A DNA stretch of 24,047 nucleotides from a virus (Duplodnaviria; Caudoviricetes): positions 1-24,047 of IMG/VR virus record IMGVR_UViG_3300007538_000182; one strand, 5' to 3'. The notes under the pieces are model-generated. The model searched no databases, was not told the DNA's origin, and worked only from the letters and a program-made list of their open reading frames with translations. Below, one piece after another: positions 8,014-15,667 of this stretch (positions are counted from its first letter, which is position 1; each line of letters starts with the position of its first letter). Position numbers and translations under genes: made by a program.

Positions 8014-8877
8014 ATGACTACTGAAATTATCGAACAACCTAAGTCTGTAATGATTAACCCTAACTACACCAAGCGTAGAAACCGTGATCGTATTGAGCAA
8101 GATGAAAAAGAACTAGAAGAACTCATGGGTAAGGAACCAGAGGAGCAAGAGGAAGATGAGGCTCAAACTCCCGAAGAAGACAGTTCTGAGGAGACACCCA
8201 GTTCTAAAGAAGAACAAACCTTTAAGAAACGCTACGGTGACCTTCGAAGGTTTGTAGCTCAAAAGGAAAAGGAATGGGAAGAAAAGCTTGAGCAGGCTAA
8301 GGAAGCTAAAGGTGGTTTCGCTCCACCTAAGTCTAATGAAGACCTAGAAGCTTGGGCTAAGAAGTATCCTGATGTAGCTGGTATCGTTGAGTCTATTGCT
8401 GCTCGTAAAGCCCAGGAGATGTTCGAAAAGACAAGCAACCGGTTTAAAGAGTTGGATGAACTCACCTACGAGACTAAACGTAGTAAAGCAGAGACATCTA
8501 TCCGTGAGGTACACCCAGACTTTGATACTCTGAAGAACTCTGATGGTTTCCACGACTGGGCTGAGGAGCAACCTAAGTGGATTACTGACGCTCTGTATGA
8601 CAACCAAGATGATGCTCGGGCTGTTATCCGTGTTATTGATCTTTACAAAGTAGACAAAGGGATGACTCCAGTTGCTAAAAAAGCTAAAGCTAAAGATGCT
8701 GCTGCAGATGTATCAGCTAAACAATCTTCACCTAAACTTGATCCAGATGGCAGTTCTACTCGTATCAAAGAGTCCGATGTAGTTAAGATGAGCGACAAAG
8801 AGTTTGAGAAGAACTACGATAAGATCATGGAGGCACAGGCAAAAGGTACTTTTGTCTACGATATTACCAAAAGGTAG
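8014..8877 (+). CDS. Capsid scaffolding protein
   Basis: Acidic, coiled-coil-like 287-aa protein directly before the capsid gene. EEQTFKKRYGDLRR and HPDF...F..W...QP motifs, with a short C-terminal helical segment. Confidence 0.8.
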   Translation: MTTEIIEQPKSVMINPNYTKRRNRDRIEQDEKELEELMGKEPEEQEEDEAQTPEEDSSEETPSSKEEQTFKKRYGDLRRFVAQKEKEWEEKLEQAKEAKGGFAPPKSNEDLEAWAKKYPDVAGIVESIAARKAQEMFEKTSNRFKELDELTYETKRSKAETSIREVHPDFDTLKNSDGFHDWAEEQPKWITDALYDNQDDARAVIRVIDLYKVDKGMTPVAKKAKAKDAAADVSAKQSSPKLDPDGSSTRIKESDVVKMSDKEFEKNYDKIMEAQAKGTFVYDITKR

Positions 8878-8906
8878 TTGACAATACAAAGTCTACCGAT
8901 ATAACT
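8878..8906 (+). promoter_or_regulatory. Putative sigma70-type promoter for the capsid operon
   Basis: TTGACA (8878-8883), 16-nt spacer, TATAAC (8900-8905), at the start of a 239-nt intergenic region. Confidence 0.6.
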
Positions 8907-8915
8907 ACGGGTACA

Positions 8916-9065
8916 AACTAGGGAGCCCCGAAAGGATACCTCCCTAGTTAACCCTATTCACAATTCTAAAAAGCTTAATCGTTAGTATAAGACCTACCTG
9001 ATAAAGTACGGGCCTCAAGAATCCTTAGCGGGAGTATTGACACCCCTGAAACATTCAGCCTCTTA
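8916..9065 (+). ncRNA. Structured 5' leader (cis-regulatory RNA candidate) of the major capsid gene
   Basis: Hairpin 8916-8949: 10-bp stem AACTAGGGAG/CTCCCTAGTT, CC/ATAC internal loop, GAAA tetraloop. Nested hairpin 8988-9065 carries two more YAC/CC internal loops. Confidence 0.6.
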
Positions 9066-9116
9066 GAAAAACATCTAGCTATCATAAGCCTAAATAATAT
9101 CGAGGAGGATAATGAT

Positions 9117-10190
9117 ATGGCTTTTCCAAGTGTAGCAGGACATGGTAACCTACCCAATGGTAACTTCAGCTCTGTAATCTATTCTAAAAAAGTACAGCTT
9201 GCATTCCGCAAAGCTACAGTTGTTGGTGACATTACTAACAGCGATTACTTCGGTGAAATCTCCGCTCAAGGTGATACTGTTCGTATTATCAAAGAGCCTG
9301 AAATCTCTGTAAGTGACTACAAGCGTGGCACTCAGATCACTGCTCAAGACCTGGACGACGAGGACTTCTCTCTGGTCATCGACAAAGCGAACTACTTTGC
9401 TTTCAAGACTGACGACATTGAGACTGCTCACTCGCACGTTAACTTTATGGACCTGGCTACTAACCGTGCGGCTTATGTCTTGGCTGATAACCACGACCAA
9501 GAAGTTCTGGCATACCTCTCGGGTTATAAACAGTCAGTTAAGCACTCTGTTGGTGACACTGTAAACACGACTGTTAACGGCACCAAGGCAGTATCCACTG
9601 CTGGTTCTGACGAACTGCTTACAAGCATGAAGTTGAACAAAGGTAAGTTTGGTAACATCACGACTGTTTCTGCTGGTGATCACTCGATCCCTGTAGCTGC
9701 TCGTCTCCCTGGTGCAACCGCTCTGCCTACTGCTTATGTCTCCCCGGTTATGTTGATTAACCGTATGGGTCGTTTGCTGGATCAACAGAACGTTGACAAA
9801 GCTGGTCGTTGGATTGTCATTGATCCTATCATGATGGAAATCTTGATGGATGAAGACTCTCGGTTCCTTAACGCAGACTTCGGTGATTCTGGTGCTCTGC
9901 GTAACGGTCTGGTTCTGAACAACTGGAATGGTTTCCGTGTCTATTCTTCTAACAACCTCCCCGCTGTTGGTGGTGGTGCTGGTACTACTGGTACAGCCAA
10001 CCAGAATACAGACTTCGGTGTGATTGTTGCTGGTCATGACTCGGCTATCGCTACTGCTGAACAGATCAACAAGACTGAAACTTACCGTGACCAGGATTCG
10101 TTCGCTGACGTTGTGCGTGGTATGCACCTCTACGGTCGTAAGATTCTTCGCCCTGAAGCAATCGTTACTGCTAAATATAACCTCGCATAA
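9117..10190 (+). CDS. Major capsid protein (HK97 fold)
   Basis: GNLPNGNFS.VIYSK, NSDYFGEI..GDTVRI, C-terminal FADVVRGMHLYGRKILRPEA. Strong SD GAGGAGG at 9102-9108. Confidence 0.93.
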   Translation: MAFPSVAGHGNLPNGNFSSVIYSKKVQLAFRKATVVGDITNSDYFGEISAQGDTVRIIKEPEISVSDYKRGTQITAQDLDDEDFSLVIDKANYFAFKTDDIETAHSHVNFMDLATNRAAYVLADNHDQEVLAYLSGYKQSVKHSVGDTVNTTVNGTKAVSTAGSDELLTSMKLNKGKFGNITTVSAGDHSIPVAARLPGATALPTAYVSPVMLINRMGRLLDQQNVDKAGRWIVIDPIMMEILMDEDSRFLNADFGDSGALRNGLVLNNWNGFRVYSSNNLPAVGGGAGTTGTANQNTDFGVIVAGHDSAIATAEQINKTETYRDQDSFADVVRGMHLYGRKILRPEAIVTAKYNLA

Positions 10191-10202
10191 GGAGACTAGA
10201 CA

Positions 10203-10694
10203 ATGGCTACTATTACAACTCTAGCACGTCCTGAAGGCGGTAAAGGGAGTCCATCTCGGAAGCCCTACCTGGTGGAAGTCGAGATTGATCTCGCTGCTGC
10301 TGCTACCGCTAAGGGCAGTGCTCTCGCTGCTAACGATGTCATCGAAGCAATTACTGTCGGTGCTAACACCGCTGTAATGTTTGCTGGTATCGAAGTCATT
10401 ACTGCACCTGCTGGTGGTACCACTGGGTCTGTTGACCTGGGTATTACTGGTGGTGACGTAGATGCCTTCGTTGATGGTTTTGCAATCACTGGTGCTGCTG
10501 CAGGAGCTTATGCTGCTCTGGCTAACACCGCTACACCTATTATTGTAGCTGCTGGTGGTACCATTGATGCACTGCTGCTCGGGACTACTCCAGATACCTC
10601 TGGTAAGCTCCGTGTCTTTGCGTACCTGATGGACGTTGATGGTCTTGGTGGAGTAAAGTCTGCAGATGAAGTAGACCGCGACACTCTGGCCTAA
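10203..10694 (+). CDS. Capsid decoration / minor capsid protein
   Basis: Ala/Gly-rich, beta-type 163-aa protein right after the capsid gene and before a terminator. SD AAGGAG. Confidence 0.7.
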   Translation: MATITTLARPEGGKGSPSRKPYLVEVEIDLAAAATAKGSALAANDVIEAITVGANTAVMFAGIEVITAPAGGTTGSVDLGITGGDVDAFVDGFAITGAAAGAYAALANTATPIIVAAGGTIDALLLGTTPDTSGKLRVFAYLMDVDGLGGVKSADEVDRDTLA

Positions 10695-10702
10695 CTACCT
10701 TT

Positions 10703-10745
10703 AGGGACTACCTCTGGCTAACTACAGGGGTAGTCCCTTTTTCTT
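10703..10745 (+). terminator. Rho-independent terminator after the capsid/decoration genes
   Basis: 14-bp stem AGGGACTACCTCTG / CAGGGGTAGTCCCT (one G-U pair), 8-nt loop, followed by TTTTCTT. Confidence 0.88.
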
Positions 10746-10762
10746 ATTGATAGAGAGATTAC

Positions 10763-11494
10763 ATGGCGTTTGATTACCTTGGACTAGTAAACGATGTGTG
10801 TGGAAGAGTTAATGAAACTCCTTTGACTGCATTAAACTTCTCGTCTGCTGTGGGGTTCTACTCTACGGCTAAAGAAGCTATTAACTCTTCTATCCGTGAT
10901 CTGAACCAACAGGCTTTCCAGTGGCCTTTCAATCATACAGACTACAATGAGACTCTTGTTGCTGGTACCAGTCGGTACTCTTATCAAGCAGACACTAAGT
11001 CTGTAGACTACGATTCATTTCGTATTCAGCGTAATGATACCTTCGGTAATACCACTGTGTCTTTGAAGATTATCGACTACGATGAATACCTCCAGAACTT
11101 TATTGACGCTGAGTACGACACCACTAACGAGTCTATTAGAGATGTCCCTAAGTATGTCTTCAGGGCTCCTAACCAGAAGTATGGTGTCTACCCTGTACCT
11201 GACCAAGCGTACACTTTGTCCTATGAGTACTACTCTCTACCCACTGACCTAGCTTCAGCTACAGATATTCCTTCTTCTCCTGTAGCCTTTCGTCATATTA
11301 TAGTTGACGGGGCGATGTATTACGTGTATCATTTCAGAGGGGATGTTGAGGCAGCGGATAGAATCCAAGCTAAGTTCCTTGATGGTATCAAGAAGATGCG
11401 TATCATTTATATCAATAACGACTATGAGTACGTTAGAGACACTCGGCTTCCCGATAGGTCTCCTTATGGTGCAACAACACTGAGAACAAGTTAA
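10763..11494 (+). CDS. Head-tail adaptor (tail tubular protein A-like)
   Basis: Typical adaptor pattern: YL.LVN.V..R.NE, WPF, YPVPDQAY.L.YEY, P..FRHIIVDGA. Located after the capsid module. Confidence 0.8.
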   Translation: MAFDYLGLVNDVCGRVNETPLTALNFSSAVGFYSTAKEAINSSIRDLNQQAFQWPFNHTDYNETLVAGTSRYSYQADTKSVDYDSFRIQRNDTFGNTTVSLKIIDYDEYLQNFIDAEYDTTNESIRDVPKYVFRAPNQKYGVYPVPDQAYTLSYEYYSLPTDLASATDIPSSPVAFRHIIVDGAMYYVYHFRGDVEAADRIQAKFLDGIKKMRIIYINNDYEYVRDTRLPDRSPYGATTLRTS

Positions 11495-13473
11495 TGCCTA
11501 CACGCTGGGAAACATTCCCTGTAGAGCTCTCTGGTGGTCTGGTCTCTAATATGTCTCGGCTTCAACAAGGAGCCAAGCAACCAGGTTCAGCTAGAATCCT
11601 ACAGAACTTTGAGCCATCCGTAAAGGGTGGCTATCGGCGTATTAATGGGTTCACTAAGTATGACTCAACTATTGTTCCTCCTTACGGTCTTGTCCTTGTA
11701 CAGGGCTCAGGACAAACAGGGACAACACTTGTTGTAGCTAACATCCATGAAGCCCCCTCTGTTGACGATAGTTTTACTATTACTATCGCAGGGGTTCCTG
11801 GTACCTACACTGTTACTGGTGTGTCTTACAACGCTACAAACAAAGAAGCCAGTCTTACCATTACACCTACCCTTGCTGCTTCCCCTGCGGATAAAGCTGA
11901 TGTGACCTTTCTCTCTGGGGCTTCTCGTATCGAGGGTGTTTTCTATTCCGCTGGCCTTAACAAGGCGTATGTACTCCGTGGTGGTGCTATCTGGTCTAGT
12001 GAAGGTTCAGGTTGGACTCTAGTTAACGTGGAGGACTACGGTACTACTCTTGTTAAAGGGGGTTCTCAGACAGGTACAACTTTAGTTATGGATGGCTTTG
12101 CTTCCGATACGTACTTACCTGAAGCTGGGGATACACTTGTTATTGCTGGAGTTGAGAAGGTCTACACAGTCCTTACTCTAGTAGGCTCTGCAGGTGGTAA
12201 CGCTACCCTGACTATTTATCCAGCCCTAGCTTCTACTCCTGCTGACAATGCTGTGATTACCTTTAGAGCTAGTACTCACCAAGGTGGAACTAAAGCAAGG
12301 TTCACTGAGTTTAACTTTGATGGTAACTTTAAGGTTGTTATGGTAGATGGCTCTAATGAACCTGCTATTATTTCGGATGCTGGTTATCGTAGAATCAAGA
12401 ACGGTAGTGACACTGACGGTGCTCAATACGTAGAAGAGTTTAAAGACCATTTGTTCTTTGCTAAAGATGACCTAGTAGCTTTTAGTGCTCCTTTTGAAGA
12501 AGAGAACTTTACCCCTGCTGATGGTGCAGGTAGCTACAGACTCCCTAACAACTGCACGGGGTTGATTACCTTCCGTGACCAGTTGATTAATTTCTCTGAG
12601 ACAGCTATTCGTAGGCTTCAGGGTTCCAGTGTGTCTGACTTCACCCTTACATCCATTGCTAATAACTTTGGGTGTATCTCTGGGGATACTGTCCAAGAGG
12701 TTGGTGGTGACATCATGTTCCTTGGTCCTGACGGTGTGAGGTTCCTTGGTGCTACTGAACGTATCGGTGACTTTAACTTGTCCCTTGCTTCACGTCAGGT
12801 ACAGACTAACTTCACCTCCTTTATTGATCCTTTGAGTGATTACACTTCTTGTGTTGTTAGAGAAAAGAACCAATACCGTATCTTTAAGTATCGTACTGGT
12901 CTTATCAAGGTAGACTCTGAGGGTTACATTGGTTCTCAGTTCTTGGACCAGAATGCTCAGAGTATTAACTGGTCATTGACTAAAGGTATCAAAGCTTACC
13001 GTTCTTCCTCTACCTACACCAGGGATGAAGAAATAGTCTTGTTTAGTAACGATGATGAGTATCTCTATAGGATGGAATCAGGTATTAATTTCGATGGTGT
13101 AGATATCCAAGCATTGTTCTACACTCCGTTTATGTCTGTTAATGATCCATCATTCCGTAAGACTGCTTATAAAGCTACAACTTACCTAGACCCTGAGGGT
13201 ATCTATAACGGGGTTCTAACCCTGAAGTATGATTTCAACTCACCCACTAAGGTACAACCTACGTTCCTTCCTATAGTAGGTGGTAACTCCTTTGCTATCT
13301 TTGGTGAAGCTATCTACGGTGTATCTGAGTTTGGTGGCCTACCTGAGACAAGGGTTACAAACCAAACAGTTGGTTCATTCTTCACAGTAAGTTTTCAATA
13401 TGAGTTTGAAGGTGGTGCACCTTTTGTTCTCGATACAATTATCTTAGAATACTCCACGGAGGATAGAAAATAA
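11494..13473 (+). CDS. Tail nozzle (tail tubular protein B-like, beta-propeller) with two inserted repeat domains
   Basis: GGL, NFEPS..GGYRRINGF N-terminus and GC...DTVQEVGGDIMFLGPDGVR propeller motif. TAATG coupling to the adaptor gene. Confidence 0.82.
   Translation: MPTRWETFPVELSGGLVSNMSRLQQGAKQPGSARILQNFEPSVKGGYRRINGFTKYDSTIVPPYGLVLVQGSGQTGTTLVVANIHEAPSVDDSFTITIAGVPGTYTVTGVSYNATNKEASLTITPTLAASPADKADVTFLSGASRIEGVFYSAGLNKAYVLRGGAIWSSEGSGWTLVNVEDYGTTLVKGGSQTGTTLVMDGFASDTYLPEAGDTLVIAGVEKVYTVLTLVGSAGGNATLTIYPALASTPADNAVITFRASTHQGGTKARFTEFNFDGNFKVVMVDGSNEPAIISDAGYRRIKNGSDTDGAQYVEEFKDHLFFAKDDLVAFSAPFEEENFTPADGAGSYRLPNNCTGLITFRDQLINFSETAIRRLQGSSVSDFTLTSIANNFGCISGDTVQEVGGDIMFLGPDGVRFLGATERIGDFNLSLASRQVQTNFTSFIDPLSDYTSCVVREKNQYRIFKYRTGLIKVDSEGYIGSQFLDQNAQSINWSLTKGIKAYRSSSTYTRDEEIVLFSNDDEYLYRMESGINFDGVDIQALFYTPFMSVNDPSFRKTAYKATTYLDPEGIYNGVLTLKYDFNSPTKVQPTFLPIVGGNSFAIFGEAIYGVSEFGGLPETRVTNQTVGSFFTVSFQYEFEGGAPFVLDTIILEYSTEDRK
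11683..12264 (+). repeat. Two copies of a 76-aa domain inside the nozzle (11683-11910 and 12037-12264)
   Basis: Both read YG..LV.G..QTGTTLV...P...D...IAGV...YTV...A.LTI.P.LA..PAD.A..TF. Confidence 0.85.
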
Positions 13474-14754
13474 ATGACAGGATACGTAAGGAACGATACC
13501 TCAAACAACATCGCTGACGGTAACGTTGTCAACGCTGCTGACTTTGACGGTGAGTTCGATGCCATTGAGTCTGCCTTTGTAGCAGCTACTGGTCATACAC
13601 ATGATGGTACTGCTGCTGAGGGTGGTGCTATCACTGTCACTGGTCCTGCTCAGGATTATGTCTCCGGTGCTGGTGACTTCTCCCCTAAGACTGACTCAAC
13701 GTACACTCTTGGTACAACGGGTGTACGGTGGTCTACAGGTTACCTAGATAACTTGGTACTCACTACCGCCCTACCAGTCACTGAAGGCGGCACAGGGTCT
13801 ACCTCAGCGAGTGCAGCACGTGCTTCACTTGGTGTTGCTATTGGTTCTGATGTGCAGGCATGGTCTGCTGTGCTCGACGGTACTACTGCAAGCTTCACCA
13901 CAGCGGATGAAACTAAACTAGATGGCATCGAGGCTCTTGCTGATGTCACCGATACGACTAACGTAACTGCTGCTGGTGCCTTGATGGACTCGGAGGTTAC
14001 TTCTCTATCGGGTATCAAGACACTTGTTGTACCTGCAAGCACAACCATCAGTACCTACGGTGCTACTCTGGTTGATGATGCTGATGCAGCTACTGCTAGG
14101 ACTACCCTTGGTCTTGGTACTCTGTCTACTCAGAACTCTGGTACTGTCAGTATCACTGGTGGTTCTATCACAGGTATTACTGACCTAGCTGTAGCTGATG
14201 GTGGTACTGGTTCCAGTACTGCTGCTGGTGCTCTGGTTAACCTTGGTCTCACTGCCACTGCCGCAGAGTTGAATACCCTTGACGGTATCACAGCTACTGT
14301 GACTGAATTGAACTATACCGATGGTGTGACCTCAAATATCCAAACCCAGCTTGATGCTAAGGCTCCTGACAACGAGCTAACACAGCTCGAAGTAGAAGAC
14401 GACACGTCCACGGTATTCGGGCAGGTGTCGGGGGAGCGGTTGGGGCAGGCGGGCGTTGTCAGCTTTACGGCGCAGGAACAACAGATCGGCGTGGGGCAGA
14501 CTTGGCAACTGGTTACACGGTCTGTGAACGTCTGGTATCAAAATACGACAGGAAAGCCAATCGGGGTGTTCGGACGAGGCTCAATCTCGTCTCCAGTTGT
14601 TTGGGACGTCGGGCCGTCAACAACGGATTTCATAGTGATTGACATGAGTGATGGAGACAGCGGTGATTCGGCTGATTACGGATGGATAATTGTTCCTGTG
14701 GATCACTACTATAGAAACACTGCCACTTGGAACTCTGCAAGGGAGTTGCGCTAA
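13474..14754 (+). CDS. Tail fibre protein
   Basis: N-terminal anchor (I.DG.V.NA.D.D.EFDAI..AF...GH.HDG), shaft repeats (L.V..GGTG...A..A...LG; ELN.LDG...NIQTQLD), C-terminal tip domain IGVGQTWQ...YQNTTGKPI...IVP...Y...ELR. Confidence 0.88.
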   Translation: MTGYVRNDTSNNIADGNVVNAADFDGEFDAIESAFVAATGHTHDGTAAEGGAITVTGPAQDYVSGAGDFSPKTDSTYTLGTTGVRWSTGYLDNLVLTTALPVTEGGTGSTSASAARASLGVAIGSDVQAWSAVLDGTTASFTTADETKLDGIEALADVTDTTNVTAAGALMDSEVTSLSGIKTLVVPASTTISTYGATLVDDADAATARTTLGLGTLSTQNSGTVSITGGSITGITDLAVADGGTGSSTAAGALVNLGLTATAAELNTLDGITATVTELNYTDGVTSNIQTQLDAKAPDNELTQLEVEDDTSTVFGQVSGERLGQAGVVSFTAQEQQIGVGQTWQLVTRSVNVWYQNTTGKPIGVFGRGSISSPVVWDVGPSTTDFIVIDMSDGDSGDSADYGWIIVPVDHYYRNTATWNSARELR

Positions 14755-15182
14755 TGGAACACGGATTTTATCACCCAGATCGCGGATACTGGCAGACCAA
14801 CAGCGATGTGCCGCAGCATATTCGTCGTGGATACCCAGCAGGCACAGTTGATGTGCCTGTAAAGCCATCTGGCCTGCACGAATGGAACGGCACCGCATGG
14901 GCCGAGGTAGTGCCCGACCCGGCCAAGCAACTCACCGCCGAACGTGCCAACATGAAATGCAGCCGTTTACAAGGGCGGTTGGTTCTTGGCGAGGCGGCAT
15001 GCGACGCGCTAGATGCCATTGCCGCAGATACCGCAACGCCGTGGGCCATGCGACAAACAATCAACAACGCGATTGAATGGCGGAGGACCAGCCAAGCCAT
15101 GACGGAACTGGGCTATCTGCTGGGATATGATGATGCGCAGATGGATGATTTGTTTCGCCTTGCTATGACGGTTGATGTGTAA
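14754..15182 (+). CDS. Putative tail fibre assembly chaperone (start re-called at ATG 14754, MEHGFYHP...)
   Basis: TAATG overlap with the fibre stop. GFYHPDRGYWQT...VPVKP...EWNG..W and C-terminal A.EWRR......LG..LG....QMDDLF..A patterns are typical of proteins following tail fibres. Confidence 0.7.
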   Translation: MEHGFYHPDRGYWQTNSDVPQHIRRGYPAGTVDVPVKPSGLHEWNGTAWAEVVPDPAKQLTAERANMKCSRLQGRLVLGEAACDALDAIAADTATPWAMRQTINNAIEWRRTSQAMTELGYLLGYDDAQMDDLFRLAMTVDV

Positions 15183-15247
15183 TGATTACCGCACTAGCGG
15201 ACATGCTCGGTGGTTTTCTTAATCGTCAAGATGAAGGACACTACTAG
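15182..15247 (+). other. 21-codon mini-ORF / gene remnant (MITALADMLGGFLNRQDEGHY*)
   Basis: ATG overlaps the previous TAA (TAATG). Its TAG (15245-15247) is directly followed, in frame, by the TTG start of the acyltransferase. Confidence 0.35.
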
Positions 15248-15667
15248 TTGTTAGTCGATTATAACAAAGCCCTAGACCACGGCAGGTTTCTATTCCTTAG
15301 GAGCCCTTACCATAAAGACTACGGACCAGATGAAATCTATGCTTACTTAGTTGCTCCTTGCAAAAAGAATGCAATTAGACTATACTACAGAGAAGATAAA
15401 CCTGTAGGTCTTGTCACATGGTGTTGGTTCGAACCTAGTAAAGCCCAGGAGTTTCTTAACTTCAGGTACCTCCCAGTGGAAGAAGACTACACCAAGAGAC
15501 CAAACACAGAGCTTTGGGGAATAGAGTTTATTGCTCCCTATGGTGACGGTAAGCAAGTCTTTAGGTCTATTAAAGAAGAATATAAAAACCTTTATGGGGA
15601 AGAAGAACTTGTTAAGTGGCGTAGAGCTAAAGACCCCCTTAAAGTACATGAGAAAAGGTTTACCTAA
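15248..15667 (+). CDS. HlyC/RtxC-family toxin-activating-type acyltransferase (TAAT, GNAT-like fold)
   Basis: LFLRSPYH matches HlyC SSPLH (catalytic Ser/His region). KPVGLVTW matches YPVAYCSW. LWGIEFIAPYGD matches WFIDWIAPFGD. TTG start with SD AAGGA at 15234-15238. Confidence 0.82.
   Translation: MLVDYNKALDHGRFLFLRSPYHKDYGPDEIYAYLVAPCKKNAIRLYYREDKPVGLVTWCWFEPSKAQEFLNFRYLPVEEDYTKRPNTELWGIEFIAPYGDGKQVFRSIKEEYKNLYGEEELVKWRRAKDPLKVHEKRFT

Noticed and set aside
8916-8955. Hairpin as an intrinsic terminator
   Set aside because: No U-tract, and it lies just downstream of a promoter. Better read as leader structure.
9037-9065. TTGACA at 9037-9042 as a third promoter
   Set aside because: No acceptable -10 element at 16-18 nt. 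The hexamer is explained by the TTGA[CAC] arm of the RNA structure.
9112-9135. Out-of-frame ATG at 9112 (7-codon ORF) before the capsid start
   Set aside because: Only 3 nt from the SD, whereas ATG 9117 has good 8-nt spacing.
13771-14360. GGTG...A..LG and ELN.LDG repeats in the tail fibre as a novel repeat
   Set aside because: These are common tail-fibre shaft motifs, covered in the feature call.
14727-14753. Track start at 14727 for the chaperone
   Set aside because: The TAATG-coupled ATG at 14754 is more plausible.
14400-14754. Diversity-generating retroelement target in the fibre tip
   Set aside because: No reverse transcriptase and no template/variable repeat pair is visible in the window.
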